Source: Oscillospiraceae bacterium (GTDB lineage Bacteria > Bacillota > Clostridia > Oscillospirales > CAG-272). From it: a stretch of 64,000 nt of DNA. The notes under the pieces are model-generated. The model was not told the origin of the DNA, ran no database searches, and saw nothing but the letters and a program-made list of their open reading frames with translations. The translations under genes and the position numbers were made by a program. Positions 1 through 9,188 of the stretch are shown here, one piece after another. The DNA lies in assembly GCA_015064725.1 (NCBI GenBank), contig SVRQ01000003.1, positions 29,372-93,371 on the forward strand. Direction: 5' to 3'. Within the stretch, counting starts at the first letter, position 1; each line of letters opens with the position of its first letter.

Positions 1-32
1 ATTTTAACATAAAAATTTTTGGTCAGCAATAT

Positions 33-57
33 AAAAGGACGGGCAAGCCGTCCTTTT
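33..57 (-). terminator. Rho-independent terminator hairpin below the GNAT gene (A/T-flanked, possibly bidirectional)
   Basis: aaaaggacgg-gcaag-ccgtcctttt forms a perfect 10-bp stem with A/U-run ends, 6 nt past the stop of the minus-strand ORF. Confidence 0.6.
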
Positions 58-62
58 ATATC

Positions 63-830
63 TCACATCAATTTATATATTACCGTTTCTTTTCTTATCT
101 CGGCAATGCCAAGAGCCCTTGCAAGATTTACAGAGCCTTCGCTGTTGGCACAAACATAATACGGCACACCGTTTTTATTTTCACATTCAAGCGCAAACGC
201 CTTTACCAAAGCGGATGCCGCCCCCAAACGCCTGGAACTCGGGTGAACGTACAGCATTACAATATCATAGCATCCTTTTTCTATGCTGTCGTAAACCAAG
301 TAACCGAGCAAGGCGTTTTCCTTTTTGGCAATGAGGATATTTTTCATAAATTTAATTCTTTGCGGCAAAAACACCCATTCCCTGTTGGGCAAGGAAGAAA
401 TATATTCAATATCGTTTTGGTCTGGTGCGGATACGGCAATGTCGCCGTTCGCACTTATTTTTTCGGCGTTTTTGATAGCACCGTAAATTCCCCAATGCTT
501 CTCCCCTTGGTCTTCGCTTTTTTCAAGCAAAAAAGCGCCGTTCAAAAAAGATACGTCCGTGTCCTTATCAAGCGAAAAATATATATCTTTTCCCTTTTCT
601 TTTGCGAAAGCAACCGCCTCTGATATAAGAAAAACATCGTCCGTATGTACCGAGATAACAACGTCATCTTCTGCTCTTGCGGAAACAAATTTATGCTCTG
701 CAAGCTCCTCTGTCGAATTTGCAAAAACCGTTACGTTTTTCGGCATAAACTTTAAATCTTCAAGGTCGTAATAAAAATATTCAATATCTTTTTTCATACA
801 AGATATTGCTGTCAAATTGTCTATTATCAT
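63..830 (-). CDS. GNAT-family N-acetyltransferase with an N-terminal extra domain
   Basis: 255-aa ORF. The C-terminal part has acetyl-CoA motif A-like VHPSSRRLGAASALV. GGAGAA RBS lies upstream of the ATG at 830. Confidence 0.7.
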   Translation of the reverse strand: MIIDNLTAISCMKKDIEYFYYDLEDLKFMPKNVTVFANSTEELAEHKFVSARAEDDVVISVHTDDVFLISEAVAFAKEKGKDIYFSLDKDTDVSFLNGAFLLEKSEDQGEKHWGIYGAIKNAEKISANGDIAVSAPDQNDIEYISSLPNREWVFLPQRIKFMKNILIAKKENALLGYLVYDSIEKGCYDIVMLYVHPSSRRLGAASALVKAFALECENKNGVPYYVCANSEGSVNLARALGIAEIRKETVIYKLM

Positions 831-846
831 AATTTTCTCCTAATTC

Positions 847-1533
847 TCATTGCGGTCTGTATTTGAATTTATTTATTTTTTTGAAGTATTTATAAACTGC
901 AATCATTATAGCAATCACAAAAGTTAAAACACATAAACCAATAAATATCACCAACAAGAAAATAGGCGGTGCATAAGAAAAATCACTTTCAAGTTCCAAT
1001 CCGCTTAAACTCATATAAAGATAATAGCCTTGAATCTTCCCTCTTATATTCCACACCTTTGCGGAATTGCTTACACCCAGAACTTTTCCGTCCTCGTCAA
1101 GATATGCAAATTTAGCTTCCTTATATTTCTCTGCCAGATAATCACAGTCGTAAGTTCCTTCACGGCTTAGATTTGCGTATGCATCAGGAGCAAAGGTTAC
1201 TATCGTACCCCACTCATCATATCGCGGTGCCATCTCCGAAACTGCATCCGAAACGTGAAACGTATAGCTTACAAAGCCGTCGCTGTTTAATTTTGAAATT
1301 TCGCTGTCGGCAGAAATATTGTATTTTTCTCCGTTTGCTTCATTAAAGCCAACGTAACACTCGTCACTCTCGGATATAGGCAAAAGCAGTTCCACATACA
1401 CCGTTCCATTCGGCATTTTTTCGGTATCCAAATCAACTCTGAAATCCCACATAGTTTCAAAAGCCGCCACGGTTACTGAAAACAAAAGAAAAATGCATAC
1501 GAAGATCATAAAAGCCGAAAATTTCTTTTTCAT
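847..1533 (-). CDS. Hypothetical secreted/membrane-anchored protein
   Basis: Start chosen at the internal MKKKFSAFMIFVCIFLLFSVTVAA signal-like N-terminus. C-terminal TM segment PPIFLLVIFIGLCVLTFVIAIMIAV. No recognisable domain. Confidence 0.6.
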   Translation of the reverse strand: MKKKFSAFMIFVCIFLLFSVTVAAFETMWDFRVDLDTEKMPNGTVYVELLLPISESDECYVGFNEANGEKYNISADSEISKLNSDGFVSYTFHVSDAVSEMAPRYDEWGTIVTFAPDAYANLSREGTYDCDYLAEKYKEAKFAYLDEDGKVLGVSNSAKVWNIRGKIQGYYLYMSLSGLELESDFSYAPPIFLLVIFIGLCVLTFVIAIMIAVYKYFKKINKFKYRPQ

Positions 1534-1795
1534 ACTTTTACCCACCAAACCTTTTTCTTTTATTATACCACACGCCAAACGCGCTTGCAAGTTAATTTTC
1601 GCCGTTGCGAGGAAAGGCACGCACGCATATCTTCACGCATATAATATAGCAGAGCGAAAGCTCTAGCAATATATGTAAAAATTTGGCGCACGCTTTGCGC
1701 GCTCTTTGTGATTTGAAAACGCAAAATAAGGTAAAAATACGAACAGAAAGATAAATCTTTCCTAAAGTTAAACAAGCAAAGAGAGTGTGATATAA

Positions 1796-2209
1796 ATGAC
1801 CGTTAAAAGAGGAGATATATTTTATGCCGACCTGAGCCCTGTTGTCGGCTCCGAGCAAGGCGGGCTTCGCCCCGTACTCATCGTTCAAAACGACGTGGGC
1901 AACAAATACAGCCCCACCGTTATCGCTGCGGCGATAACGAGCAAGCTGGACAAAGCAAAGCTTCCAACGCATATCGATATTTTTGCAGAAGAATTCGGTC
2001 TTTCCAAAAACTCCGTGGTACTTCTCGAGCAGATACGCACGCTTGACAAACGCCGTCTGCGCGAGAAGATGGGACACCTTGACGAAGTACTTATGCAAAA
2101 AGTCAACGATGCCATAACGATAAGCTTCGGTCTTTCCGCAGAGCAATACGAGAGAGAGGAGCTCAGTGCCGCCGCAGGAACTCCCGTAGGGGGCATTGTG
2201 ACCGCTTGA
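1796..2209 (+). CDS. mazF: MazF/EndoA (PemK-family) mRNA interferase toxin with about 20-aa C-terminal extension
   Basis: Colinear with B. subtilis EndoA: [44 protein letters not shown]...KAKLPTHI...[14 protein letters not shown]. Confidence 0.9.
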   Translation: MTVKRGDIFYADLSPVVGSEQGGLRPVLIVQNDVGNKYSPTVIAAAITSKLDKAKLPTHIDIFAEEFGLSKNSVVLLEQIRTLDKRRLREKMGHLDEVLMQKVNDAITISFGLSAEQYEREELSAAAGTPVGGIVTA

Positions 2210-2263
2210 ATACGCAAACTTAAATAAAAATCGTTTTTATAAAATAAAATTTACAATTTACTA

Positions 2264-2292
2264 TTGAAATAAAGCGCAAATAAGGATATAAT
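2264..2292 (+). promoter_or_regulatory. SigA-type promoter of yajC
   Basis: TTGAAA - 17 nt - TATAAT, about 30 nt upstream of the yajC ATG. Confidence 0.6.
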
Positions 2293-2322
2293 ATAAGAAA
2301 AATATTACAATCGAGGTATCTA

Positions 2323-2775
2323 ATGAACTCTATCCTTATGTTTTTGGACCAGGCTGCGGCAACGGGCGATGCAGGCACTGCAAGCACGGGCGGCAATCTG
2401 CTTGCCACGATCCTTCCTTTTGCGCTCGTTATCATCGTTTTCTACTTCTTCTTGATCCGCCCCCAGAGAAAACAGGAAAAAGAAGCAGCTCAAATGCGCG
2501 ACAGCCTTCAGGTTGGCGATGAAGTTACAACTATCGGCGGTATCATCGGCCGTGTTGTAAGCATCAAAGATGAAACGTTCACACTTGAAACAAGCCGCGA
2601 CAGAACAAAAATGCGCTTCCTTCGCTCCGCTATCAAGAGCGTTGACGTAAAGGTTGCGGACCTTCGCGCTGCAGAGGCTGCTGCTGAAGAAGCACCCGCA
2701 GAAGCTCCCGTTTCCGAAGAAAAACCTGCCGAAGAGGGCAAAAAAGCAAAAAAATCCAAAAAAGACGCTGAATAA
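2323..2775 (+). CDS. yajC: Preprotein translocase subunit YajC with A/E/K-rich C-terminal tail
   Basis: Single TM, then IRPQRKQEKE....LQVGDEVTTIGGIIGRVVSI, the typical YajC core. Confidence 0.9.
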   Translation: MNSILMFLDQAAATGDAGTASTGGNLLATILPFALVIIVFYFFLIRPQRKQEKEAAQMRDSLQVGDEVTTIGGIIGRVVSIKDETFTLETSRDRTKMRFLRSAIKSVDVKVADLRAAEAAAEEAPAEAPVSEEKPAEEGKKAKKSKKDAE

Positions 2776-2781
2776 GCTTTT

Positions 2782-2812
2782 AAAACCGCGGAATTTTCAT
2801 CCGCGGTTTTTT
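2782..2812 (+). terminator. Rho-independent terminator of yajC
   Basis: aaaaccgcgg / ccgcggtttt stem followed by a T-run. Confidence 0.8.
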
Positions 2813-2967
2813 GCTTGTGCAGTAAAATCCTTAAAACAGCCCTCGCCGTTTTGCTTTTGTTATATAAACGAGGAAACACAATAGACAAGCGTTCGGAAGT
2901 CCACTTTCTTGTAATAATCCCGCCCTTTCGCGCATATGATTTAGCAAAACAAAGGGAGGTTTATTTT

Positions 2968-3393
2968 ATGAACAGATCTATTTTTGCAAAAACAAACGAA
3001 GAAAAAAATCTTTTTTTATGCGCCCTGCGCGGACTTGCCGTTGCGGCGATATGTGCGCTTGCGCTCGCACTCATCTCTTCCGTTGCTTGCGTATGCCTTG
3101 AAGACCCCGATAAATACATAAAGATATTTGCGCTTATCTGCCTTTTTGCCTCTGCGGGCATCGGGGGGCATATAGCCGCGCGCGCAAAAGGCAAAACCGC
3201 GTTTCTCTGCGGAAGCATCGTGGGAATTATGATGATCGGCGTCATAACGCTTCTCTGCCTTATAATGTCGCTGCCGATAAATATGGCGCTTTTTGCAATA
3301 TGTGCGCCAACGGTGCTCGTAACGGCAATTCTCGGTGCGGTAACCGGTGTGGGTAAACAGAAAAAGCCGAAAAGAAAAAAGAAAAAATTTTAA
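2968..3393 (+). CDS. Small polytopic membrane protein (function unknown)
   Basis: Start at MNRSIFAKTNEE preceded by GGGAGG RBS. Three to four hydrophobic helices and a K-rich C-terminus. Confidence 0.7.
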   Translation: MNRSIFAKTNEEKNLFLCALRGLAVAAICALALALISSVACVCLEDPDKYIKIFALICLFASAGIGGHIAARAKGKTAFLCGSIVGIMMIGVITLLCLIMSLPINMALFAICAPTVLVTAILGAVTGVGKQKKPKRKKKKF

Positions 3394-3397
3394 ATTC

Positions 3398-3424
3398 AAG
3401 ACCGCGTATGCGGTCTTTTCTGTT
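3398..3424 (+). terminator. Rho-independent terminator
   Basis: aagaccgc-gtat-gcggtctt followed by ttctgtt. Confidence 0.75.
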
Positions 3425-3482
3425 GTGTAAAACAAAAAAATATGTTATTATATATCTATATAAACTAAAATGGGAGATCTTT

Positions 3483-4001
3483 ATGAAAAATTATTTCGTG
3501 CCGGACCATATGTTTGCCGGATTTTGGGAAATCACCCCCGAATTTATAAGCTCGCTCGGCGTTCGCGCCATAGTTCTCGATATAGATAATACCCTTGTAA
3601 CGTACGGAATGGAAGAACCAACGGAAGAAGTTATTAGCTGGGTGCGCGGTATGCAGGAAGCAGGGCTTCTTCTCTCCATCGCATCCAATAATCACGCACC
3701 GCGCGTTGAGAAATTCAACGAAAAGCTCGGACTTTTTACTATGTGCGAAAGCGGCAAGCCCTCGCGCAAGGCGGTCAAGAACGCCTGCGCACGCTTTGGC
3801 GTAAAACCCTTCGAATGTGCCGTTATAGGCGACCAGATATTTACGGACGTGCTCTGTGCATCCCGTTCCGGTGCCGTATCCATCCTTGTAACACCGCTGC
3901 CTTATGACGAAAACTTGTTTTTCCGCTTCAAGCGAGTTTGCGAAAAGCCGTTCATCCGCGCATATAAACGCCGCGAAGCCGGAAAAAACAAACGTAAATG
4001 A
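3483..4001 (+). CDS. yqeG: YqeG-family HAD-IIIA phosphatase
   Basis: HAD motif I VLDIDNTLV, motif ASNN, and GDQIFTD near the C-terminus. Start at MKNYFVPD. Confidence 0.85.
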   Translation: MKNYFVPDHMFAGFWEITPEFISSLGVRAIVLDIDNTLVTYGMEEPTEEVISWVRGMQEAGLLLSIASNNHAPRVEKFNEKLGLFTMCESGKPSRKAVKNACARFGVKPFECAVIGDQIFTDVLCASRSGAVSILVTPLPYDENLFFRFKRVCEKPFIRAYKRREAGKNKRK

Positions 4002-4017
4002 GTCAAGAGGATAAATA

Positions 4018-6282
4018 ATGATAATAGAAAACATACACATAGTAAACTTTGGCAAGCTTTCGGATTTTCACCTTGATCTTACCGAGGGTGTAAATATAAT
4101 AGAAGGCAAAAACGAATCCGGCAAATCAACCGTATGCGCGTTCATAAAATTCGTCCTTTACGGGCTTCCCGCAAAAGCGGAGGAGCGCGAACGCGCAATA
4201 AGCTGGAAAAGCGGAAACTGCGCAGGCTCTCTTACCTTGCGCGAGGGTGAACGCACTTACCGAATAGAGCGCGAAGCCGTCGCCGTTAAAAACTCCGAGG
4301 GAAAGCTCTCCTACCGCGAGCGCACCGCAGTATATGACGGCGAAACGGGCAAGCAAGCATTCAAATCATCCACCCCCGGCGAGGTCTTTTTCGGCATACC
4401 CCGCACAGTTTTTGAAAGCACCGCTTTCGTAGGACAGCTTGAGGGCTCAAAGGTCGGCGGTAAAACGCTGTCCGAGGCGGCGGAAAATATCCTTTTCTCC
4501 GCTGACGAAAGCGTCAACACAAAAAAAGCCGTCAAAAAGCTTGACGAAGCGCGTGTTTACCTCTACCACAAAAACAAGCGCGGCGGCAAGATATACGATT
4601 ATATAAACGAGCGCACGATACTTGCGGAGTCGCTTGACGAAGCACAGCGAAACAGCGCGCAGATAATAAACCTTGAAGGCTCCGCCCGTGCTATCTCCGA
4701 AGCAAAAGCGGCAGCCAAACAACGCCTTGCCGCCGTAACCGAGGAGCTTGCGCTCTTTGAACGTTACGGGATAAAGAAAAACTGCTTGAAGCTTCTTGAG
4801 GAAAAGAAAAAAAGCGAGACCGCGGCGCAAAAGCTCCACGAGCTTATGACGCATGACCGCTACGGCGAAAGCAATATGACGGACGAACGCTTTATAGAGC
4901 TTATGGAAAGTGAGAAATTCGAGCTCGCAAGCCTTGAACGCGATTTTGAAAACTCCAGGGAAGCGATCGACAGCATTACAAAAAAGCTCGACAAAATGAA
5001 CGCAAAGCTCAATAATTTCCAACACCTCGGTGAAAACGAAACTAGGGACGAGCTTATCGAAAGCGCACAAAGCGCACGAAAAAGCAAAGATCTTTTTATT
5101 AAAATATGCGCCCTGCTCGGTGCGCTTGGCACAGCACTTGCAATCTGCGCGTTTGCGCTTCCCTTGCTCGCCGTTTTCGGCGCGATATGCCTTGTCGGCG
5201 CAGTAGCGTTGCTTGGAATCTGCGCCCGCAAAGGCAAGACCGAAGCGGGCATTTACCGCCGCTTCGGCTGTTCCACACGCGCGGAATTTGAAGAGCTTTT
5301 GGCTGCGGCGCAAAACGATAAGGTCGCCATTTCTCTTATTGAGGAATCCAAGGCGGAAGCTCTGCGAAAGCGCGAATATGCGGAAGAAAAGCTTGAAACG
5401 CACAAAGCCCGAATATGCGCTATCCTTGCGGGAGCCCAATTCCAAATATCGGGAAACATTCGCAAGGATATGGAAGAAGCCGTATCGCTTGCCAAAGCAT
5501 CGCTTGAAAATATGCGCTCCATAGCGCAGGAGAAAAGCGCGGCAGATGCAAAAATGCAGGAGATAGCCGCCGTACTTTCCACCTATCCCGACGAAGAAAA
5601 GGAGCGTGCCATAACGGAAAGCTTCGACGAAGAAGCAATGGAGAGCATCGATTTCGGTGCGAAAAAGCGCGAGCGCGATTTTCTCGTTCTTTCCATCAAT
5701 TCTCAAACGGAAAAGCTGCACGATATAGAGTGCGAGCTCGCCTCCCTTTCCTCCGTGCGCGCCCGTCCTGCGGAGATCGCACAGAGCATATCCGCGCTGG
5801 ACGGCAAGATAGACTCTCTTACGGAAAAATTTGAGGCATATATGCTTGCAATAGAGTCAATAGAAGCGGCAAGCGGGAAACTGCGCGACGCCGTTTCCCC
5901 TAAGATAGCAAAAACGTCAAGCAAGCTCCTTTCGGGGCTTTCGGGCGGAAAATACCGCACGGTATTTATGGACTCCGACTTCGGCATGAGTTATTCCGAC
6001 GGCGGTATCACACGCGACGTGTCCTCTCTTTCCGCCGGCACTTCCGATATAGCGTACATAAGCCTTCGCTTGGCTCTTATCGATACGCTTTGCAAGGAGT
6101 TTATGCCGCCTCTCGTTTTTGACGAAAGCTTTGCCCGCCTTGACAGCGAAAGGCTCGCCCTCGCGCTCCGACTTATAGATGCAACGCTCGGAAAAAACGC
6201 ACAGGCGATAATATTTACCTGCCATAAAAGAGAGCAAGAGCTATCAAAAAATGTAATTAAATCAAACATATTGTCGATTTAG
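4018..6282 (+). CDS. Rad50/SbcC/YhaN-like AAA ATPase with a central transmembrane hairpin
   Basis: Walker A GKNESGKST at the N-terminus. Long coiled-coil-like E/K/A-rich arms. Hydrophobic ICALLGALGTALAICAFALPLLAVFGAICLVGAVALLGICA in the middle. Signature-like LSAGTSD and Walker B PLVFDESFARLD at the C-terminus. Confidence 0.8.
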   Translation: MIIENIHIVNFGKLSDFHLDLTEGVNIIEGKNESGKSTVCAFIKFVLYGLPAKAEERERAISWKSGNCAGSLTLREGERTYRIEREAVAVKNSEGKLSYRERTAVYDGETGKQAFKSSTPGEVFFGIPRTVFESTAFVGQLEGSKVGGKTLSEAAENILFSADESVNTKKAVKKLDEARVYLYHKNKRGGKIYDYINERTILAESLDEAQRNSAQIINLEGSARAISEAKAAAKQRLAAVTEELALFERYGIKKNCLKLLEEKKKSETAAQKLHELMTHDRYGESNMTDERFIELMESEKFELASLERDFENSREAIDSITKKLDKMNAKLNNFQHLGENETRDELIESAQSARKSKDLFIKICALLGALGTALAICAFALPLLAVFGAICLVGAVALLGICARKGKTEAGIYRRFGCSTRAEFEELLAAAQNDKVAISLIEESKAEALRKREYAEEKLETHKARICAILAGAQFQISGNIRKDMEEAVSLAKASLENMRSIAQEKSAADAKMQEIAAVLSTYPDEEKERAITESFDEEAMESIDFGAKKRERDFLVLSINSQTEKLHDIECELASLSSVRARPAEIAQSISALDGKIDSLTEKFEAYMLAIESIEAASGKLRDAVSPKIAKTSSKLLSGLSGGKYRTVFMDSDFGMSYSDGGITRDVSSLSAGTSDIAYISLRLALIDTLCKEFMPPLVFDESFARLDSERLALALRLIDATLGKNAQAIIFTCHKREQELSKNVIKSNILSI

Positions 6283-6414
6283 CCTATAAAATTTAATATT
6301 TTTTGAATTTTGTGTGAAATATTCACAAAAGGTCTTTATTTTTCATAAAATTTATGCTATAATATGGGTGTAGAGGAAATATCCCCTGCAATACTCAAGA
6401 AAGGCGAAAAAACT

Positions 6415-6948
6415 ATGAAAATCAATTTTTTGTTAAGACACGTGGCTATTGACGACAAGACAAAGACGATCATCGAAAAGAAGATCGCAAAGCTTGACAA
6501 ATTCTTCGAAAGCGACAAGGAAGCGCTTGTTACGCTTCGCAAAGCCGGAGATACGGAGATCCTTGAACTTACGATCCATTCCGTAGGAATGATTTTCAGA
6601 AGCGAGGTCAAAAGCGAAAGCTTCCTGCACGCTATAGACATCGCAGTTGACATTATCGAACGCCAGATCCGCAAAAACAAAACGAAGCTTGCGCGCAAGC
6701 TCCGTTCCACAGCATTCGACAAAACATCGGCTTCCGATGACATTGCAGAACCCGTTGAGGAAGAACAGCACGGCGAGATCCGCGTAAAAGAATTTGCCCT
6801 CAAGCCAATGCCCGTTGAAGAAGCTATCCTTCAGATGAATCTTCTCGGTCACTCATTCTTCGTTTTCGAGGATCAGGCAACAAGCAAGATATGCGTAACA
6901 TACAAACGTGACGACGGCGAATACGGCCTTATCGTTACAAATAAATAA
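6415..6948 (+). CDS. hpf: Ribosome hibernation-promoting factor, long form
   Basis: N-terminal S30AE/RaiA-like domain (KIAKLDKFF...LELTIH) plus the C-terminal long-HPF dimerisation domain (MPVEEAILQMNLLGHSFFVFED...YKRDDGEYGLI). Confidence 0.9.
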   Translation: MKINFLLRHVAIDDKTKTIIEKKIAKLDKFFESDKEALVTLRKAGDTEILELTIHSVGMIFRSEVKSESFLHAIDIAVDIIERQIRKNKTKLARKLRSTAFDKTSASDDIAEPVEEEQHGEIRVKEFALKPMPVEEAILQMNLLGHSFFVFEDQATSKICVTYKRDDGEYGLIVTNK

Positions 6949-6990
6949 GCTGAACTTCTTTTTTCATAAAACTCCTTAATAAATTATTAC

Positions 6991-7020
6991 AAAAAAGACG
7001 CACACCGTGCGTCTTTTTTG
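6991..7020 (+). terminator. Rho-independent terminator of hpf
   Basis: agacgcac-acc-gtgcgtct followed by tttttg. Confidence 0.8.
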
Positions 7021-7108
7021 TTTATTCCTTATTCTATTGCTTTTCTGCCGTATTCGTGGTATTATAATATATTATAATGATGAATTTTACAGTAAGGTAG
7101 GCTCTATT

Positions 7109-9097
7109 ATGCCCAACAAAAACGATGTAGTAACAATAGAAATAACGGACGTCACTCTTGAAGGGCTCGGTGTCGGCAAAACGGAGGAGGGTTACGTCCT
7201 CTTCGTTCCGCAGACCGCCCCGGGCGATATAATAAAGGCAAAGATCCTCAAAACGCTTTCATCCTACGGATATGCCAAGGTTGAAGAGATACTCACCCCA
7301 TCCGAGGCAAGGATAGAGGTGGATTGCCCCGTATTTTCCAAATGCGGCGGCTGTGTTTTCCGCCATATCAGCTACGAAAAAGAGCTTGAAATAAAGAAGA
7401 ACCTCGTTGACGCGCAGTTCGCCCGTATCGGCGGACTTGACGTTCGTTGCGATGGCATCACCCCGTCCCCCGAAAGAGATCGTTACCGCAACAAAGCGCA
7501 GTTCCCCGTTGGGCGCGATGAAAAGGGACTCTATTTCGGCTTTTTTGCCTCCCACAGCCACAGAATAATCAAATGCGAAAACTGTGCCCTGCACCCTGCG
7601 TTTTACACGGATATTCTTAACGCCATCAAGAAATGGGGCGACAGATACAATATCTCCGCATATGACGACGAAACGCGCAAAGGGCTTTTGCGCCATATCT
7701 ACATCCGCGACGGCAGAAGCAGCACAGAGATAATCGTTTGTCTTGTTGCAACGGGCAACACGCCAAAAACGAAAGAGCTTATCGCGTCATTGCTTGCAAC
7801 GGGGCTTAATATCGTGGGCGTTGTGCTTTGCATCAACGATAAAGAGGGCAACAGCATCCTTTCCGATAAATTCCGCACGCTCTACGGCAAAGACCATATG
7901 ACTGACACGCTCTGCGGACTTGAATTTGATATTTCCCCGCGCTCTTTTTATCAGGTAAACCACGACGGCGCAGAAAAGCTCTACTCCATCGCCGCGGAAT
8001 ACGCAGGTCTTACAGGAAACGAAACGCTTATCGACCTTTATTGCGGCACCGGAACGATAGGTCTTTCTATGGCAAACCGCGTAAAGAAGCTTATCGGCAT
8101 AGAAATAATCCCCGATGCCGTTAAAAATGCAGCCGCAAACGCTGCGCGCGCAGGCGTTGAAAACGCAGAATTTATTTGCGCCGATGCGGGCAAAGCGGCG
8201 CTCGACCTTGCCGAAAGAGGTATTGCGCCCGAGGTCATAGTTGTCGATCCCCCGCGTAAGGGTCTTTCCGATGACGTTATAAAAGCCATCTCCGATATGT
8301 CGCCCGAAAGAGTTGTTATGATCTCCTGCAACAGTGCAACAGCCGCGCGCGACGCAAAAAAGCTTTCCGAGGTTGGCTTTGTCCCCACAAAAATGCAGGC
8401 GGTGGATATGTTCCCAAGAACAGGGCACGTGGAGACGGTCGTGTGTCTGAGCAGGGAAAAGGCCGACGATTATAGAAAGGAATCGAAAATGATTTCTGAC
8501 GAAAAAAGCGCATACAAGTCTTGGAGCAATCTGAAAAAGCAGATGAACGATTTGCTTTGTGATTCCCTTAAGGGCAAAATTTCGTATTTCTACACCAGTT
8601 ATCACGAAGTCCACAACGCTTACGGCAGAGCGACTATTCAATATGAGAAAAAAGAGATAGTTGCTTTTTCGTGGGATAGGCAATATGAGCAGGTGCAGGA
8701 CATTAAAGAACAATACAAGAAAATGAATAATGTTCCTTCCATGCTTGTGGACTACGAAGGAAGCCTAAATGCATATAAGGTTGCAAATATCGCTGCTACC
8801 AAGGAAAAGTGGATGCCGAATTGCACGTTGTGCGAAACTGATTTCCTCAATTCCCTAACCATTTACCTCAAAACCGACATCGCAACATCGCTCCGCTCCG
8901 ATAACTATTTGCTGCGTGTGTTCGCATATATGGACAGACGAGTTGGAAAGAGAACCCTTATTAAGATTAAGGACGATGTAGAAAACCTGCCCGATTGGGT
9001 GAAACAATTCTATCGGATTCGTTGTGAGGCAGATGGTATTATTTTCCCACCTAAACGAATTACAGACGAGACGGTTGTTTGTCTGACAAGAAAATAA
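7109..9097 (+). CDS. rlmD: 23S rRNA (uracil-C5)-methyltransferase RlmD/RumA, read in frame into an unrelated module of about 200 aa
   Basis: TRAM N-terminus; Fe-S cysteines CPVFSKCGGCVFRH; SAM motif IDLYCGTGTIGLS; catalytic MISCNSAT; normal family end ...GHVETVVCLSRE. No stop follows, so the frame continues through MISDEKSAYKSW... and ends ...ETVVCLTRK*. Confidence 0.85.
   Translation: MPNKNDVVTIEITDVTLEGLGVGKTEEGYVLFVPQTAPGDIIKAKILKTLSSYGYAKVEEILTPSEARIEVDCPVFSKCGGCVFRHISYEKELEIKKNLVDAQFARIGGLDVRCDGITPSPERDRYRNKAQFPVGRDEKGLYFGFFASHSHRIIKCENCALHPAFYTDILNAIKKWGDRYNISAYDDETRKGLLRHIYIRDGRSSTEIIVCLVATGNTPKTKELIASLLATGLNIVGVVLCINDKEGNSILSDKFRTLYGKDHMTDTLCGLEFDISPRSFYQVNHDGAEKLYSIAAEYAGLTGNETLIDLYCGTGTIGLSMANRVKKLIGIEIIPDAVKNAAANAARAGVENAEFICADAGKAALDLAERGIAPEVIVVDPPRKGLSDDVIKAISDMSPERVVMISCNSATAARDAKKLSEVGFVPTKMQAVDMFPRTGHVETVVCLSREKADDYRKESKMISDEKSAYKSWSNLKKQMNDLLCDSLKGKISYFYTSYHEVHNAYGRATIQYEKKEIVAFSWDRQYEQVQDIKEQYKKMNNVPSMLVDYEGSLNAYKVANIAATKEKWMPNCTLCETDFLNSLTIYLKTDIATSLRSDNYLLRVFAYMDRRVGKRTLIKIKDDVENLPDWVKQFYRIRCEADGIIFPPKRITDETVVCLTRK
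8432..8460 (+). repeat. Left copy of an imperfect direct repeat covering the rlmD terminal codons
   Basis: gagacggtcgtgtgtctgagcagggaaaa (ETVVCLSREK). Partner copy is at 9068-9094. Confidence 0.7.
9068..9094 (+). repeat. Right copy of the direct repeat (restores an rlmD-like C-terminus plus stop)
   Basis: gagacggttgtttgtctgacaagaaaa (ETVVCLTRK*). Three mismatches in the first 20 nt relative to the left copy. Confidence 0.7.
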
Positions 9098-9188
9098 CCG
9101 CAAATCCGTAGGGACAGGCGTCCCCGACTGTCCAAAACATTCCCACACAAAAACAAATTACAGCAATATATTTTATGAGGTAAATGCT

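Noticed and set aside
4447-5721. 424-aa minus-strand ORF inside the YhaN-like gene
   Set aside because: It is antisense to a gene with clear Walker motifs. It is R/F/K/L-rich and low in complexity, with no RBS or motif. This is a typical shadow ORF of a GC-skewed coding region.
7007-7108. N-terminal 34-aa extension of the rlmD ORF
   Set aside because: The extension overlaps the hpf terminator hairpin and an AT-rich promoter-like stretch. The conserved TRAM domain starts at MPNKNDVV (7109).
9100-9135. ggacag...ctgtcc hairpin right after the rlmD-fusion stop
   Set aside because: It is a short 6-bp stem with a 10-nt loop and no T-run. This is insufficient for a terminator or a defined repeat element, though it may be part of the insertion scar.
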